In this document: positions 19,700-30,200 of the stretch, one piece after another | Layout: the number at the start of each line of letters is the position of its first letter | How positions within the stretch are numbered: position 1 is the stretch's first letter | Assembly (NCBI GenBank): GCA_965248695.1 | Contig: CBDFKD010000002.1 | Span: forward strand, 2,688,001 to 2,752,000 | Length of the DNA stretch: 64,000 nt | Origin: Acidobacteriota bacterium | GTDB lineage: Bacteria > Acidobacteriota > UBA890 > WLXD01 | Direction: 5' to 3' | Position numbers and translations under genes: made by a program | The notes under the pieces: generated by a model | Told to the model about the DNA's origin: nothing | What the model saw: only the letters and a program-made list of their open reading frames with translations | Database searches by the model: none

Positions 19700-20511
19700 G
19701 AAGCCTGCGCTGCGAGGATCACGGCCCGATCCGTTGCTACACCATGACCCGCTACGTGGCGCGCCAGCGAGTGCTGCGGGTGGCCGCGTTCGTGGTCGAC
19801 GGGTTACTCATCGACACGGGCCCGCGCCATTGTCGCGCCGCCTTCGACGAGATTCTCCGGCGCGAGAAGATCCACCGCATCGTGCTCACGCACCATCATG
19901 AGGATCACATCGGCAACGCCGCTGGCGCGGCGCGATCCACCGGCGTAACGCCGCTCATCCATCCGCTCGGCGTCGAGCTGGCACGAAACCCGCCAGTTAT
20001 GCCGCTGTACCGACGCGTGGCCTCGGGAACGCCGGCAGCAGTCGAGGTCGAGCCTCTGGGCGATTCGCTGCAAACCGACAACCACGTGTTCCGCGTACTC
20101 CATACGCCGGGCCATTCCGCCGATCACGTGGTGCTGCACGAGCCCGAGCAGGATTGGTTGTTTGCTGGCGATCTGTTCATCACCGAGCGTCCGCAGAGAG
20201 CGTTCGCCTTCGAGAACATCGGTGAGCAGGTGGCGTCGATGCGGCGCGTGCTGGCCATCCCGGACTGCCAGATGTTCTGCCAGCACAACGGCCGCTTCGC
20301 CAGCCATCAACATCGCATCGGCCGACGGCTGGACAACCTGCTGGGCCTGCGGGCACGCGCCGTAATGCACCACGAGGAGGGGCAGTCGGTACGCGAGATC
20401 GCCGCCACACTCAAAATTCGCGATGGTATGAACCGTCTTCTGAGCAGCGACGAGTGGAGTGGACGCAACCTGGTGTTGGGCCTGCTTCGCGATGCCGGCA
20501 AGATCGACTGA
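19696..20511 (+). CDS. MBL-fold metallo-hydrolase
   Basis: LIDTG, THHHEDHIGN, HTPGHSADH, LFAGD; ATGA overlap with upstream stop. Confidence 0.9.
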   Translation: MRSLRCEDHGPIRCYTMTRYVARQRVLRVAAFVVDGLLIDTGPRHCRAAFDEILRREKIHRIVLTHHHEDHIGNAAGAARSTGVTPLIHPLGVELARNPPVMPLYRRVASGTPAAVEVEPLGDSLQTDNHVFRVLHTPGHSADHVVLHEPEQDWLFAGDLFITERPQRAFAFENIGEQVASMRRVLAIPDCQMFCQHNGRFASHQHRIGRRLDNLLGLRARAVMHHEEGQSVREIAATLKIRDGMNRLLSSDEWSGRNLVLGLLRDAGKID

Positions 20512-21700
20512 CCCAGCGCGTCGGCAACAAGCTGACGACGGCCCGCGCACTGCCGGCATCGACCCGAGCGCCATCACTGAGCTGGCGCGCTGGTACGAGG
20601 CCGAGGCGCGTGATCTTCCCTGGCGCCGGACCAGCGACCCCTACCGCATCCTCCTGTCCGAGGTGATGCTGCAACAGACGCGGGTCGAGTTTGTGATCGC
20701 GCGGTACGAGAGCTTCGTGCGCGCGTTCCCCGACCTCCGAAGCCTGGCCGCGGCCATCGAAGACGAGGTGCTCGCCGAGTGGTCCGGGCTTGGCTACTAT
20801 CGACGGGCGCGCAACCTGCACAGGTTGGCGCGACAGGTCATCGCCAGCGGATCACCCGAGCTGCCGCAAACCGTGGACGCCCTGCGCGCTCTCCCCGGGA
20901 TTGGCGAATACACCGCCGCCGCAGTGGCGTCGATCGCGTTCGGTTGGCCGCACCTGTCCGTTGATGGCAACGTGGGTCGCGTTCTGTGCCGGGTCCTGGA
21001 CATCCGCGATGACCCCCGACGCGCAGCGGCACGGAAGCAAATGCGCCGTGCCTGCGAGGCGGCCCTGCGGGCGCATCCGCCCGGCCTCATCAATCAGGCG
21101 CTCATGGAGCTCGGTGCGCGCGTCTGCACTCCGCGCTCGCCACGTTGCGATGCATGCCCGCTCGCGACCGCCTGCGTCGCCGCTGCCGCGAATACCCAGG
21201 AGCTGATTCCAGTGCGCCAGCAGCGTGTCGTCCAGGCGGTCGAAGAGGGCGCCGCCGTGATCGAGCGCAACGGTCGCTTCCTGCTACTTCGGGGTCAGCG
21301 TCCGGGAGCGCTGGCGGACATGTGGGAGTTCCCGACGCTCGACTCACGATTGCGCCAGCAGCTCGTCGCCGAGGCGCCGTCGGCGGCCCAAACAACGGAC
21401 GGAAGCTCCGACACCGATGCGGCGGGGACCCTGGCACTCGGCCGCTCCCTGCAACGGCACCTCAGGGGCCTCGGAGTTCACATCCACAATCTGGAGCACG
21501 TCGGCGAGATCCGCCACGGCATCACCAATCGTCGCATCCGCTGCCACGTGTACCGAACGCGGAATGTCCGACTGGCCGCCGACGAATCGGCAGCAGCCAG
21601 CGCCCCGCCGCGCAGCTGGTTTTCACCTGAGGAACTGAGCGGAATCCCGATCGGGGCGTCCGTCGCCAAGATCCTCCGAGTGCTCCGAAGCCACCCGTAA
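20492..21700 (+). CDS. mutY: A/G-specific adenine glycosylase
   Basis: RDLPWR, SEVMLQQT, WSGLGYYRRARNLH, LPGIGEYTA, Cx6Cx2Cx5C cluster, WEFP; start uncertain. Confidence 0.95.
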   Translation: MPARSTDPARRQQADDGPRTAGIDPSAITELARWYEAEARDLPWRRTSDPYRILLSEVMLQQTRVEFVIARYESFVRAFPDLRSLAAAIEDEVLAEWSGLGYYRRARNLHRLARQVIASGSPELPQTVDALRALPGIGEYTAAAVASIAFGWPHLSVDGNVGRVLCRVLDIRDDPRRAAARKQMRRACEAALRAHPPGLINQALMELGARVCTPRSPRCDACPLATACVAAAANTQELIPVRQQRVVQAVEEGAAVIERNGRFLLLRGQRPGALADMWEFPTLDSRLRQQLVAEAPSAAQTTDGSSDTDAAGTLALGRSLQRHLRGLGVHIHNLEHVGEIRHGITNRRIRCHVYRTRNVRLAADESAAASAPPRSWFSPEELSGIPIGASVAKILRVLRSHP

Positions 21701-21789
21701 CCGCGGCTGGCGAGCCGGCGTCGACGTCGCCCCCGAACGGCTTGCGCCGACCCCGCCCGGTCGCTACCGTTGACCACTGCCTGACCTGC

Positions 21790-21864
21790 GGCCCTATCGT
21801 CTAGCCTGGCCCAGGACACCGCCCTCTCAAGGCGGAGACACGGGTTCAAATCCCGTTAGGGCTA
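21790..21864 (+). tRNA. tRNA-Glu (anticodon CTC); CCA not encoded
   Basis: Acceptor GGCCCTA/TAGGGCT; anticodon arm CCGCC-CT-CTC-AA-GGCGG; T arm GGTTCAAATCC. Confidence 0.95.
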
Positions 21865-21872
21865 CTTCGAAG

Positions 21873-21903
21873 AGCCGCGGCGCCTCGGTGTCGCGGCTTT
21901 TTT
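21873..21903 (+). terminator. Intrinsic terminator after tRNA-Glu
   Basis: AGCCGCGGCGCC-TC-GGTGTCGCGGCT followed by a T run. Confidence 0.8.
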
Positions 21904-21975
21904 CGGTCTGCCAGAGCCCGGATGTTCGCGCCTCGACGGGCCTCCGGTCTCGCCGGTGCATCGAACAGGCACGCG

Positions 21976-24900
21976 CTAGCGCGCCAGGCGGTCCAGGAGG
22001 CGCTCCAGGAGCCGACCAAGCGGTCCCGCAACCGGGTGATCGACTGGCCTGTCGGTGGCGTATGCCGCGCCGGCCCCGGCCTCGGACTCGGAACGGGGCT
22101 CGTACACCTCGTAGCCTCTCACGCTCCGCGATGGTGCCCCGCCCACCGGCATGCGGTACGCCTCATCCCGATCCGACCACCGATGCAGCACCACATCCCC
22201 GCCGCGACGAACGAAGCGCCGCAGTGCCCTCTGTGCCGCCTCCGAGCTCACCGCGCTCACCTGGCCGAGATCGTCCCCGGCGCTGGCCGTGGGAATGAGC
22301 ACGATCTGCGTGCCTTCCGGAATGCCGTCGCGCATATCCTGTGGCGGATGCACGAACAGGCTCACGCCTCGGATGTAGCCACGCGCCTGCAGCGACTGCT
22401 CCACTGTCGCCTCACCCCACGGCTCGTACGCCTTGTAGATCCGCGCCCTCGGTACCGTGGGCAACGTGCCAGCCTCCGCATCCACCACCACGCGCCGGGC
22501 CGGCTCGGTGATGTAGTGCGGACCTTCCGGCATGTTGGCCGCCCGGGCCTCGGCGCTCCGCGTTGCCGGCACCTGGATGCACGCCATCACCGGGCCCGAT
22601 GCCCCCGCATCGTTGAACGACTGGAGCGTGTAGCAGTTGACCGCCCCTGCCACTGCCTCGGTGTCCAGATACATCTCCCGGTCCGCCGCCAGCATCCACA
22701 CCACATCGTCCCGAACCAGCACGTAGCCGGTCTCGTTGTTCGCCTGGTCGCGCCACTTCACCCTCACCGCACCGGAGTTGCGCACCGCCAGCTGCAGCCG
22801 CTTCGGTGGTGCCGGTCGGTTCGCCGCCCCGGCTCCCAGCTGCACCACGTTGTGGAACCGGTTGCCGAAGCGGATCTTTGTGCGCCTCTTTGGACCGTCG
22901 TTGCTGTCCACCGTGTACAGAACCTGTCCGTCCCCGGTGCGGGCATTGAGGATCTGCACCCACCCTGCGTCCGGGCTCGGGGTCCAGTCGCACCCGGCCA
23001 GCGTGTCCACCCGGAAGCTGCCGGCACCTCCGGCAGGCGTGAAGCTCTGGGTGATCATCGAGGGGGCGAACGTGCACCGGGCTGCCCTCTGGTTCACGGT
23101 GAACGCCTCGCCGGCGATCGTTGCCGTGCCACGTCGCGCCACGCTCCTGGGATTCTTCTGCACCGCCAGCGTCACCCTTCCCGGACCGGTCGCATCGATC
23201 GCCCGTGCCGCACTCAGCACCTGGATCCAGCTTCTGTTGCTGCTCGCACTCCAGGGGCAGTTGTTGCCGTTGGAGCTCACCGCCACCGATACGCTCGTTG
23301 CCTGGAAGCTCACGCTCGCGGTTGTGGAGCCGATTCCGGTGCTACATGCCACCACCGTGATCGTCGCCGTGGCGGTGTTGGACGCCACTCCAGCAGACAC
23401 CGCCTGATAGGTGAACGAGTCGGTGCCGGTGAACGATCCCGTCGGGGTATAGGTGAACGTGCCGTCGGAGCTCAGGCTCAGGTTGCCGTTGGCAGTGCTC
23501 GTCACCAGCGATGCCGTCAAGCCGATGCCCGAGTCGTTGTCCAGCACGCCGTTCTGTACCAGCGGATCGAATTGCACCGTCGAGTAGGCATCGTTGCTCG
23601 CCACCGGCGACACCGAGATCGTTACCGTGGCGTTGTTGGAGTCGTCCAACCCGTCGTTGGCTTTGTAGGTGAACGCGTCAGTACCGGAAAACCCCGTGTT
23701 CGGCGTGTACGTGAAGCCGCCATCGGTACCCAGCCCCAGGGTGCCGTTGCTCGGGCCACCTCCCACGAGCAGTGCGGTGAGCGTGTCGCCTTCCGAGTCC
23801 GTATCGTTGGCCAGCACTCCGGTCGCTGCCGGCACCGTCAGCGCCGTGTTCGCCGTGGCCGTGTAGGTGTCGTTGGTCGCCACCGGGGCGCTGTTGGGCA
23901 CCACCGTGAGCGTTACCGTGGTGGTATCGGAGTCGTCGATACCGTCGTTGGCCTTGTAGGTGAACGTATCGGTGCCGAAGAAGCGGGTGGTCTGATTGCC
24001 ACCGGCGGTAAACCCCGCGTTGGGGGTATAGGTGAACGATCCGTCGTCGGTCAACGCCAGCATCCCGTTGGCCGGGCCGGACACGAGGTTGGCGGTCAGC
24101 GCGTCGCCATCGGCGTCGGTGTCGTTGGCCAGCACACCTGTGTTCACACCAACGGTCAACGTCGTGGCCTCGCGGGTCGTATAGCTGTCCGGGTCGGCCA
24201 CCGGGGCATTGTTAGACGCGACCCTGATCGTCACCGTCGTGGTAACGGAGTCGTCGGCGCCGTCGTTGGCCCTGTACGTGAACGTATCGGTGCCCAAGAA
24301 ACGGCTGGTCTCATTGCCACCGGCGGCAAACCCGGCGTCGGGGGTATAGCTCATCGCGCCGTCGGCGGCCAACACCAGGTTCCCGTTGATCGGGCCGGAC
24401 ACGAGCTTGGCGGTCAACGAGTCGCCGTCGGCGTCGGTGTCGTTGGCCAGCACACCCGTGCTCGCGGCAACCGCCAGCGGCGTGTTCACCCGGGTGCTAT
24501 AGCTGTCCGGGTTGGCCACTGGAGCGGTGTTGCCCGGGACGGCTACAGGCGGTCCCTGGTAGCGCAGTACCTGCTGCGTGAACAGGCTCGACACGTACAG
24601 GTTGTTGTAGGGACCGAACGCCAGCCCGGTAGGCGCGCTCAGCCCACCAGAGCCCGCCGCCACGAACGCGTCGATGAACGCATCCGTCGTTCCGTTGTAG
24701 CGCAGTACCTGGCCCGTCGTTCCGTTGTAGCGCAGTACTTGGTCCGTAAGTGCGCTCGACACGTACAGGTTGTTGTCGGGACCGAACACCAGTCCAACCG
24801 GGCCGTTCAGCCCACCAGAACCCGCCGCCACGAACACGTCGATGAACGCCCCCGTCGCTCCGTTGTAGCGCAGTACCTGGTTCGTGGAGAAGCTCGACAC

Positions 24901-25287
24901 GTACAGGTTGCCGTCGGGACCGAATACCAGCCCTCGGGGCAAATCCAGCCCACCGGAGCCCGCCGCCACGAACACGTCGATGAACGCCCCCGTCGTTCCG
25001 TTGTAGCGCAGTACCTGGTCCGTAAGTGCGCTCGACACGTACAGGTTGTTGTCGGGACCGAACGCCAGCCCGCCAGGCGAAGCCAGCCCACCGGAGCCCG
25101 CCGCCACGAACACGCCGATGAACAGCCCCGTCGCTCCGTTGTAGCGCAGTACCTCGTTCGTGTCGCCGCTCGACACGTACAGGTTGCCGTCGGGACCGAA
25201 CGCCAGCCCTCGAGGCAAATCCAGCCCACCGGAGGCCGCCGTCACGAACGCGTCGATGAACGCCCCCGTCGTTCCGTTGTAGCGCAT
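21976..25287 (-). pseudogene. 5'-truncated repeat-rich surface protein: NHL/Vgb-like propeller repeats, Ig/cadherin-like repeats, BACON-like and FN3-like domains
   Basis: ~44-aa YNGTTGAFIDxFV..GSGGL..PxGLxFGPDxNLYVSS repeats; GVLANDTDADGD repeats; WSASSNRSWI; ORF begins exactly at an IS end with no signal peptide. Confidence 0.85.
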
Positions 25288-26129
25288 GACCTGCCCCCCA
25301 ATAATCGGGCCAGTCTGAGAGTTAGGATTTGAGGCTCTCAGGATGGCTCGGGAAGGGGGAAGAATGGGCGCGGAAGCGGTACACTGTAGAGCAGATCATC
25401 GCCAAGCTCAGGGAGGCAGAGATCGAGCTAGCGAAAGGGGCCAAGACACCGGAGGCATGCCGCAAGCTGGGAATCAGCGAGAACACGTATTACCGGTGGC
25501 GCAAGGAGTACGGTGGACTGAGGGTGGATCAGGCACGGCGACTCAAGGAGCTGGAGCGGGAAAACGGCCGGCTCAAGAAGTTGCTGGCGGAGACGATGCT
25601 CGACAACGCCATCCTCAAAGAGGTTTCGTCGGGAAACTTCTGAGCCCGGCACGACGGAGCCGGGCAGTGCACCACGCACAGCAGTCGTTGGGTGTGTCCG
25701 AGAGGCGAGCCTGCAGAGTACTGGGCCAGGTGCGCTCGACGCAGCAGTATCGGCCCAAGGTGCCGCAGGAGGAGAAGGCACTGGTGGAGCGGATGACCCA
25801 GCTGGCGACGCAGTACGGGCGCTATGGGTACCGGCGGATCACGGCGCTGTTGGTACGTGAGGGGTGGCGAGTGAATCACAAGAGGGTCGAACGGTTATGG
25901 CGTCGTGAGGGGCTGAAGGTACCGAAAAAGCAGCCCAAGCGCGGACGCTGGTGGCGCAATGATGGATCGTGCGTGCGGCTGCGGCCGGAGAGGAAAGATC
26001 ACGTCTGGGCCTATGACTTCGTGCACGAACGAACTCACGACGGGCGAGCGTTTCGTCTACTGACGATCGTGGATGAGTACACGAGAGAGTGCTTGGCAAT
26101 CGATGTAGCACGCAGGCTCAACTCCGAGA
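25287..26129 (+). mobile_element. IS3-family element, left part only (IRL, orfA, partial orfB)
   Basis: TGACCTGCCCCCCAATAATCGG end; orfA RKRYTVEQIIAKLREAE (extra G after ATG 25364); orfB YGYRRI, WAYDFV, stopping at LNSE. Confidence 0.92.
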
Positions 26130-26138
26130 AAGCAGCCC

Positions 26139-27542
26139 GAGTTATTTGCAAATGTTGTGGATCGGTGGATTTGTTCAGGCGGCGTCTTCGCTAGCGATCA
26201 GGTGAACTCCATCGACGAATGTGGCGCCCTCGAGTACGAGGGCAGTGAGGTGAGGAGCGTTGATGCGGCGCCATCGTTGCTGTGCCATCTCCAGGAGCTT
26301 GAATGCCATCGTCAGCGCCTTGGTGCGTGAGCCGGCGCCCTTGGTGACGCGTTGTCTCAGGCGTACGGTGGCGAACGCCGACTCGATCGGGTTGGCCGTG
26401 CGCAGATGAACCCAGTGGTCGGCGGGGAAGTCGTAGAACGTCAGCAGCTTGTCGGAGTCGCGTTGCAACGACGCCACGGCCTTGGAGTACTTGGCGCCGT
26501 AGTCGGCTGCGAACCGCGCCATGCCCTCCTGAGCATCCTCGCGCGTTGGCGCACCGATGATCTCGTGCAGCGCGCGCTTGGCTTTGGCCTGCAGCCGCCT
26601 CGGTAGCTTGTCGAGCACGTTGCCAAGCCGATGCACCCAGCATCGTTGCTCTCGAGTCTGGGGCCATACATCCCGCACCGCCGCCCAGAACCCCAGCGCC
26701 CCATCACCCACTGCCACGAGCGGCGCCCGCATGCCTCGACGCTTCAGCTCCCGGAGCACGAACGCCCAGCTCTCGGTGCTCTCTCGATACCCGTCCTCGA
26801 CCGCGATGAGCTCCTTGGTTCCGTCCGGCAAAACGCCCAGGATCACCAGCGTGCACAGCCGATCATCCTCGAGTCGAATGTTGAAGTGCACACCGTCCGC
26901 CCACACGTATACGTACTGCTTGGTGGACAGATCCAGCTTCCGGAATGCCTCGTACTCCGTGCTCCAGGCGTTCGTCAGCCGGCAGATCGCCGATGCCGAC
27001 AGCCCGCTGGCTTCCTGTCCCAGTAAGATCGGCAGCGCCTCCTTGAAGTCGCCCGTCGACAGGCCCCGCAGGTACAGCACCGGCAGCACCTCCGCCACCT
27101 TCGGCGAGCGCCGCATGTAGGGCGGCAGGATCCGACTGCTGAACCGCTGCCTCAGTCCCTGCTCGTCGAGCCGCTTGTCGTTGACCCGTGGCGCGGCTAC
27201 TTGCACCGTCCCGCACCCCAACGTGATCTTGCGTGCGCGAGCCCGACCGTTGCGTACCACTTGCCGACGGCCGGCTTCATCCAGTTGCCCGGCGTGGCTC
27301 TGGATATACTCCTGAACCTCCCACTCCAGTGCTGTTGCCAGCATCTGCAGCGCGCCCTGCCGGGCGAGCTCATCGACGTCCAGTGTCAGCTGTCCTTCCT
27401 CCGCGTCCGATCCACCGATAATCTTGAGCACGGGTGGCGTCTCCTTCCCGGCCTCCACAGCCGGCTGCTGGTTGTTGATGATCCCAGCGAAGGTTACGCT
27501 GCCTTTCTTTTTCCTCCCATCCACAACTTCCGGTTATATCTC
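26139..27542 (-). mobile_element. IS256-family element, copy 1 (1404 bp), no target duplication
   Basis: Transposase GLSTGDF, YVWADG, QRCWVH, RTANPIES; imperfect IRs GAGTTATTTGCAAATGTTGTGGAT / ATCCACAACTTCCGGTTATATCTC. Confidence 0.95.
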
Positions 27543-28691
27543 GTGCTAGGGAAGAAGCCGTATCGTGCGAGCAACAAGACCTGCGCAGTACTCTGCATCG
27601 TGGCTAGTGCCACCGCGACTGCACAACAGCGCGTTCAATTTGAAAGCTATAGTGATGCCATCCGCATCGAGGTGTGGGCAACGGATTCCAGTGGTCGGCA
27701 CGTTAACGGGTTAACCGCAGAAGATCTCATACTCCGAATTGATGACAAAGAATGGCCGATTCTCGATCTGCAGCCGGTAAGGCGCGCTCATCAAGGTGGA
27801 GCGAGCGGAACCGAGATCGCCAAACCTGTGTCATCAGCGCAAGCGGAAACCACGGTAGGTGGCGCACAATACCTGATCTTGCTGGACTTCGTGACAAGAG
27901 GCATGAACATCCTAGAGGCAAGTCGCGCCGTTCATGCCGCGCGCTCATTCATAGGGCAGCTTGCCCCACAGGACCGGGCCAGTATAATCTTGTTCTCGCC
28001 AGGCACCGGATTCGATGTCCTCATAGATTTTACTCGTGATCATCCGCGTCTATTAGCCGCGCTCGACCGACTTGATCAGACTGAGTTCGGTATCCGGTAC
28101 CACAAGCAGTCGCGGGGCGGCATGCTCTTCTCTCTTCTGCGACTAGCGCCCATTATCGGGACGCAGCACAGGCGAACGGATGTCTTGTTCTTCACTCTCG
28201 GCGACCCAGACAATATATTGACCCAGCCCCTATATGCGGAGATGCTAGGTACCCTCGCTGCCAGCCTCAGAAAAGCGGGCGTGGTGGTACATGCTCTTAA
28301 CCCGGCGGCGCTTCCAGCCGCCGATGCCATCGGGCCGTCGCGCCCGAGGCCAACCGATAGCGGTGCCCGATCGCGTCCGCAACGCGATAGTCGCCGCGAC
28401 CATGACCTGAACAGGATGATGGCGACGATGGCACCCCGATTCGATTCTGCGCTTGCGAACCGTGGGCCTGCCCGGCGCATAGCAGACTTGACGGGAGGCC
28501 TAGCTGCCTTCTATCACCATACGTTTCCAGACGCTATGACGGCATTGGTGTCTAGCGCGAACAGCGCATACGAACTGGTCTTTACCGCTCCGCCAGAAAA
28601 GCGCGGCTCAATCGATATACATGTAGACGTACGTGAGCGTGGAAGAAAAGCTATTTGCTGGCCCTGCCAGGTAGAAATCGTGGCGAAATAG
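27543..28691 (+). CDS. Acidobacteria-type VWA domain protein
   Basis: IEVWATDSSGRHVNGLTAEDL, LILLD, IDFTRDHPRLLAALDRL, IADLTGG, YELVF; lower GC; 5' end abuts IS256. Confidence 0.75.
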   Translation: MLGKKPYRASNKTCAVLCIVASATATAQQRVQFESYSDAIRIEVWATDSSGRHVNGLTAEDLILRIDDKEWPILDLQPVRRAHQGGASGTEIAKPVSSAQAETTVGGAQYLILLDFVTRGMNILEASRAVHAARSFIGQLAPQDRASIILFSPGTGFDVLIDFTRDHPRLLAALDRLDQTEFGIRYHKQSRGGMLFSLLRLAPIIGTQHRRTDVLFFTLGDPDNILTQPLYAEMLGTLAASLRKAGVVVHALNPAALPAADAIGPSRPRPTDSGARSRPQRDSRRDHDLNRMMATMAPRFDSALANRGPARRIADLTGGLAAFYHHTFPDAMTALVSSANSAYELVFTAPPEKRGSIDIHVDVRERGRKAICWPCQVEIVAK

Positions 28692-28698
28692 AGGACAG

Positions 28699-29788
28699 TG
28701 ACCTGCCCCAAGTGTTGAGGCCACTTCGTAACTCATAGAATCGGTGCTGACAAGAGCCTGTTGGAGCCGGCGGAGCGGAGCGCAGCCGGCTGCAACAACG
28801 TCGCTTCAGGTGCGGGCGGTCGATAACCCAGCGAGCTATGTGGCCGCACCTGGTTGTATTCGCGTCGCCAGGCTCGCACCAAGCTCTGCGCCTCCTTGAG
28901 CGTGTAGAAGATCTCCCCGTTTAGCAGCTCGTCGCGTAGCTTGCCGTTGAAGCTCTCCACGTAGCCGTTCTCCCATGGCGAACCGGGCTCGATGAACAGC
29001 GTCCCCACGCCGATCCGCTCGAGCCACTCACGCACTGCCCGAGAAGTGAACTCCGGTCCGTTGTCGGAGCGGATGTGATCCGGAACTCCACGGTTCACGA
29101 ACAGCTCAGCGAGTCGCTCCAACACATCCTCGGAGTTGAGTCTGCGCGCCACATCGATGGCCAAGCACTCCCTGGTGTATTCATCCACGATCGTCAGCAG
29201 ACGAAGCGCTCGCCCGTCGTGAGTTCGTTCGTGCACGAAGTCGTAGGCCCAGACGTGATCTTTCCTTTCCGGCCTCAGTCGCACGCACGATCCATCGTTG
29301 AGCCACAAGCGTCGGCGCTTGGGCTGCTTTCTCGGTACCTTCAGCCTCTCACGACGCCATAACCGCTCGATCCTCTTGTGATTCACTCGCCACCCTTCCC
29401 GCACCATCAGAGCCGTGATCCGCCGGTATCCGTAGCGCCCGTACTGCATCGCCAACTGGGTCATCCGCTCCACCAGCGCCGTCTCCTGTTGCGGCACCTT
29501 GGCTCGATACTGCTGCGTCGAGCGCACCTGGCCCAGCACTCTGCAGGCTCGCCTCTCAGACACACCCAGCGATTGCTGCGCCTTCTGCACCGCCCGACGT
29601 CGACGTGTCGGGCTCAGAAGTTTCCCGACGACACCTCTTTGAGGATGGCGTTGTCGAGCATCGTCTCCGCCAGCAGCTTCTTGAGCCGGCCGTTCTCGCG
29701 CTCCAGCTCCTTGAGTCGCCTCGCCTGATCCACCCTCAGGCCGCCGTACTCCTTACGCCACCGGTAGTACGTGTTCTCGCTGATGCCC
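28699..29788 (-). mobile_element. IS3-family element lacking its left end (orfB intact, orfA truncated)
   Basis: IRR TGACCTGCCCC at 28699; orfB with RSDNGPEF and [17 protein letters not shown]; orfA cut at 29788. Confidence 0.92.
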
Positions 29789-29871
29789 TGACCTGCCCCC
29801 CAATAATCGGGCCAGTCTGAGAGTTAGGATTTGAGGCTCTCAGGATGGCCCGATTATTGGGGGGCAGGTCA
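29789..29871. mobile_element. 83-bp miniature element with perfect 26-bp terminal inverted repeats, derived from the IS3 left end at 25287
   Basis: TGACCTGCCCCCCAATAATCGGGCCA-31 nt-TGGCCCGATTATTGGGGGGCAGGTCA; first ~61 bp identical to 25287 onward. Confidence 0.85.
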
Positions 29872-30081
29872 CTGGTCGATGTAAGGGAGGAGTTACCGGA
29901 GGAGATCGAATCGAGAGACCTCCTGCAGCGGGGATGGGAGTGGCTGGACGGGAACGAGGACAATCCTGAGTGGAATTACGGTTGGCAGAAGCTGGTCGAT
30001 GTAAGGAAGGAGTTACCGGGGGAGATCGAGTCGAGAGACCTCCTGCAGCGGGGATGGGAGTGGCTGGACGGGAACGAGGAC
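29872..30081 (+). repeat. 120-bp (40-aa) Trp-rich tandem repeat, fragment of a lost gene
   Basis: LVDVREELPEEIESRDLLQRGWEWLDGNEDNPEWNYGWQK followed by a near-identical partial copy. Confidence 0.8.
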
Positions 30082-30200
30082 CGAGGTGGAAACTGCCGCC
30101 ACCTCTCTACTGCTACGAGCACCCAAACTCCAAGCGTTCAGGTGTCCGCGAAAGTGAGGTAACTCCACAGGGGGTTCACCCACTGCTCGGGGTCAGCTCC

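Noticed and set aside
24560-25287. Regularly spaced repeats resembling a CRISPR array
   Set aside because: They are ~132-bp in-frame coding repeats with no unique spacers; no cas genes in the window
21922-25332. 1,136-aa + strand ORF
   Set aside because: Antisense shadow of the repeat-rich surface protein; Arg/His-rich with no motifs
25364-25372. 1-bp frameshifts in short G/C runs (here, ~42362, ~62858) as programmed frameshifting
   Set aside because: No slippery heptamer; better explained by read error or decay
27201-27542. N-terminal extension of the 496-aa ORF
   Set aside because: It is the antisense strand of IS256; the VWA-like part starts after 27542
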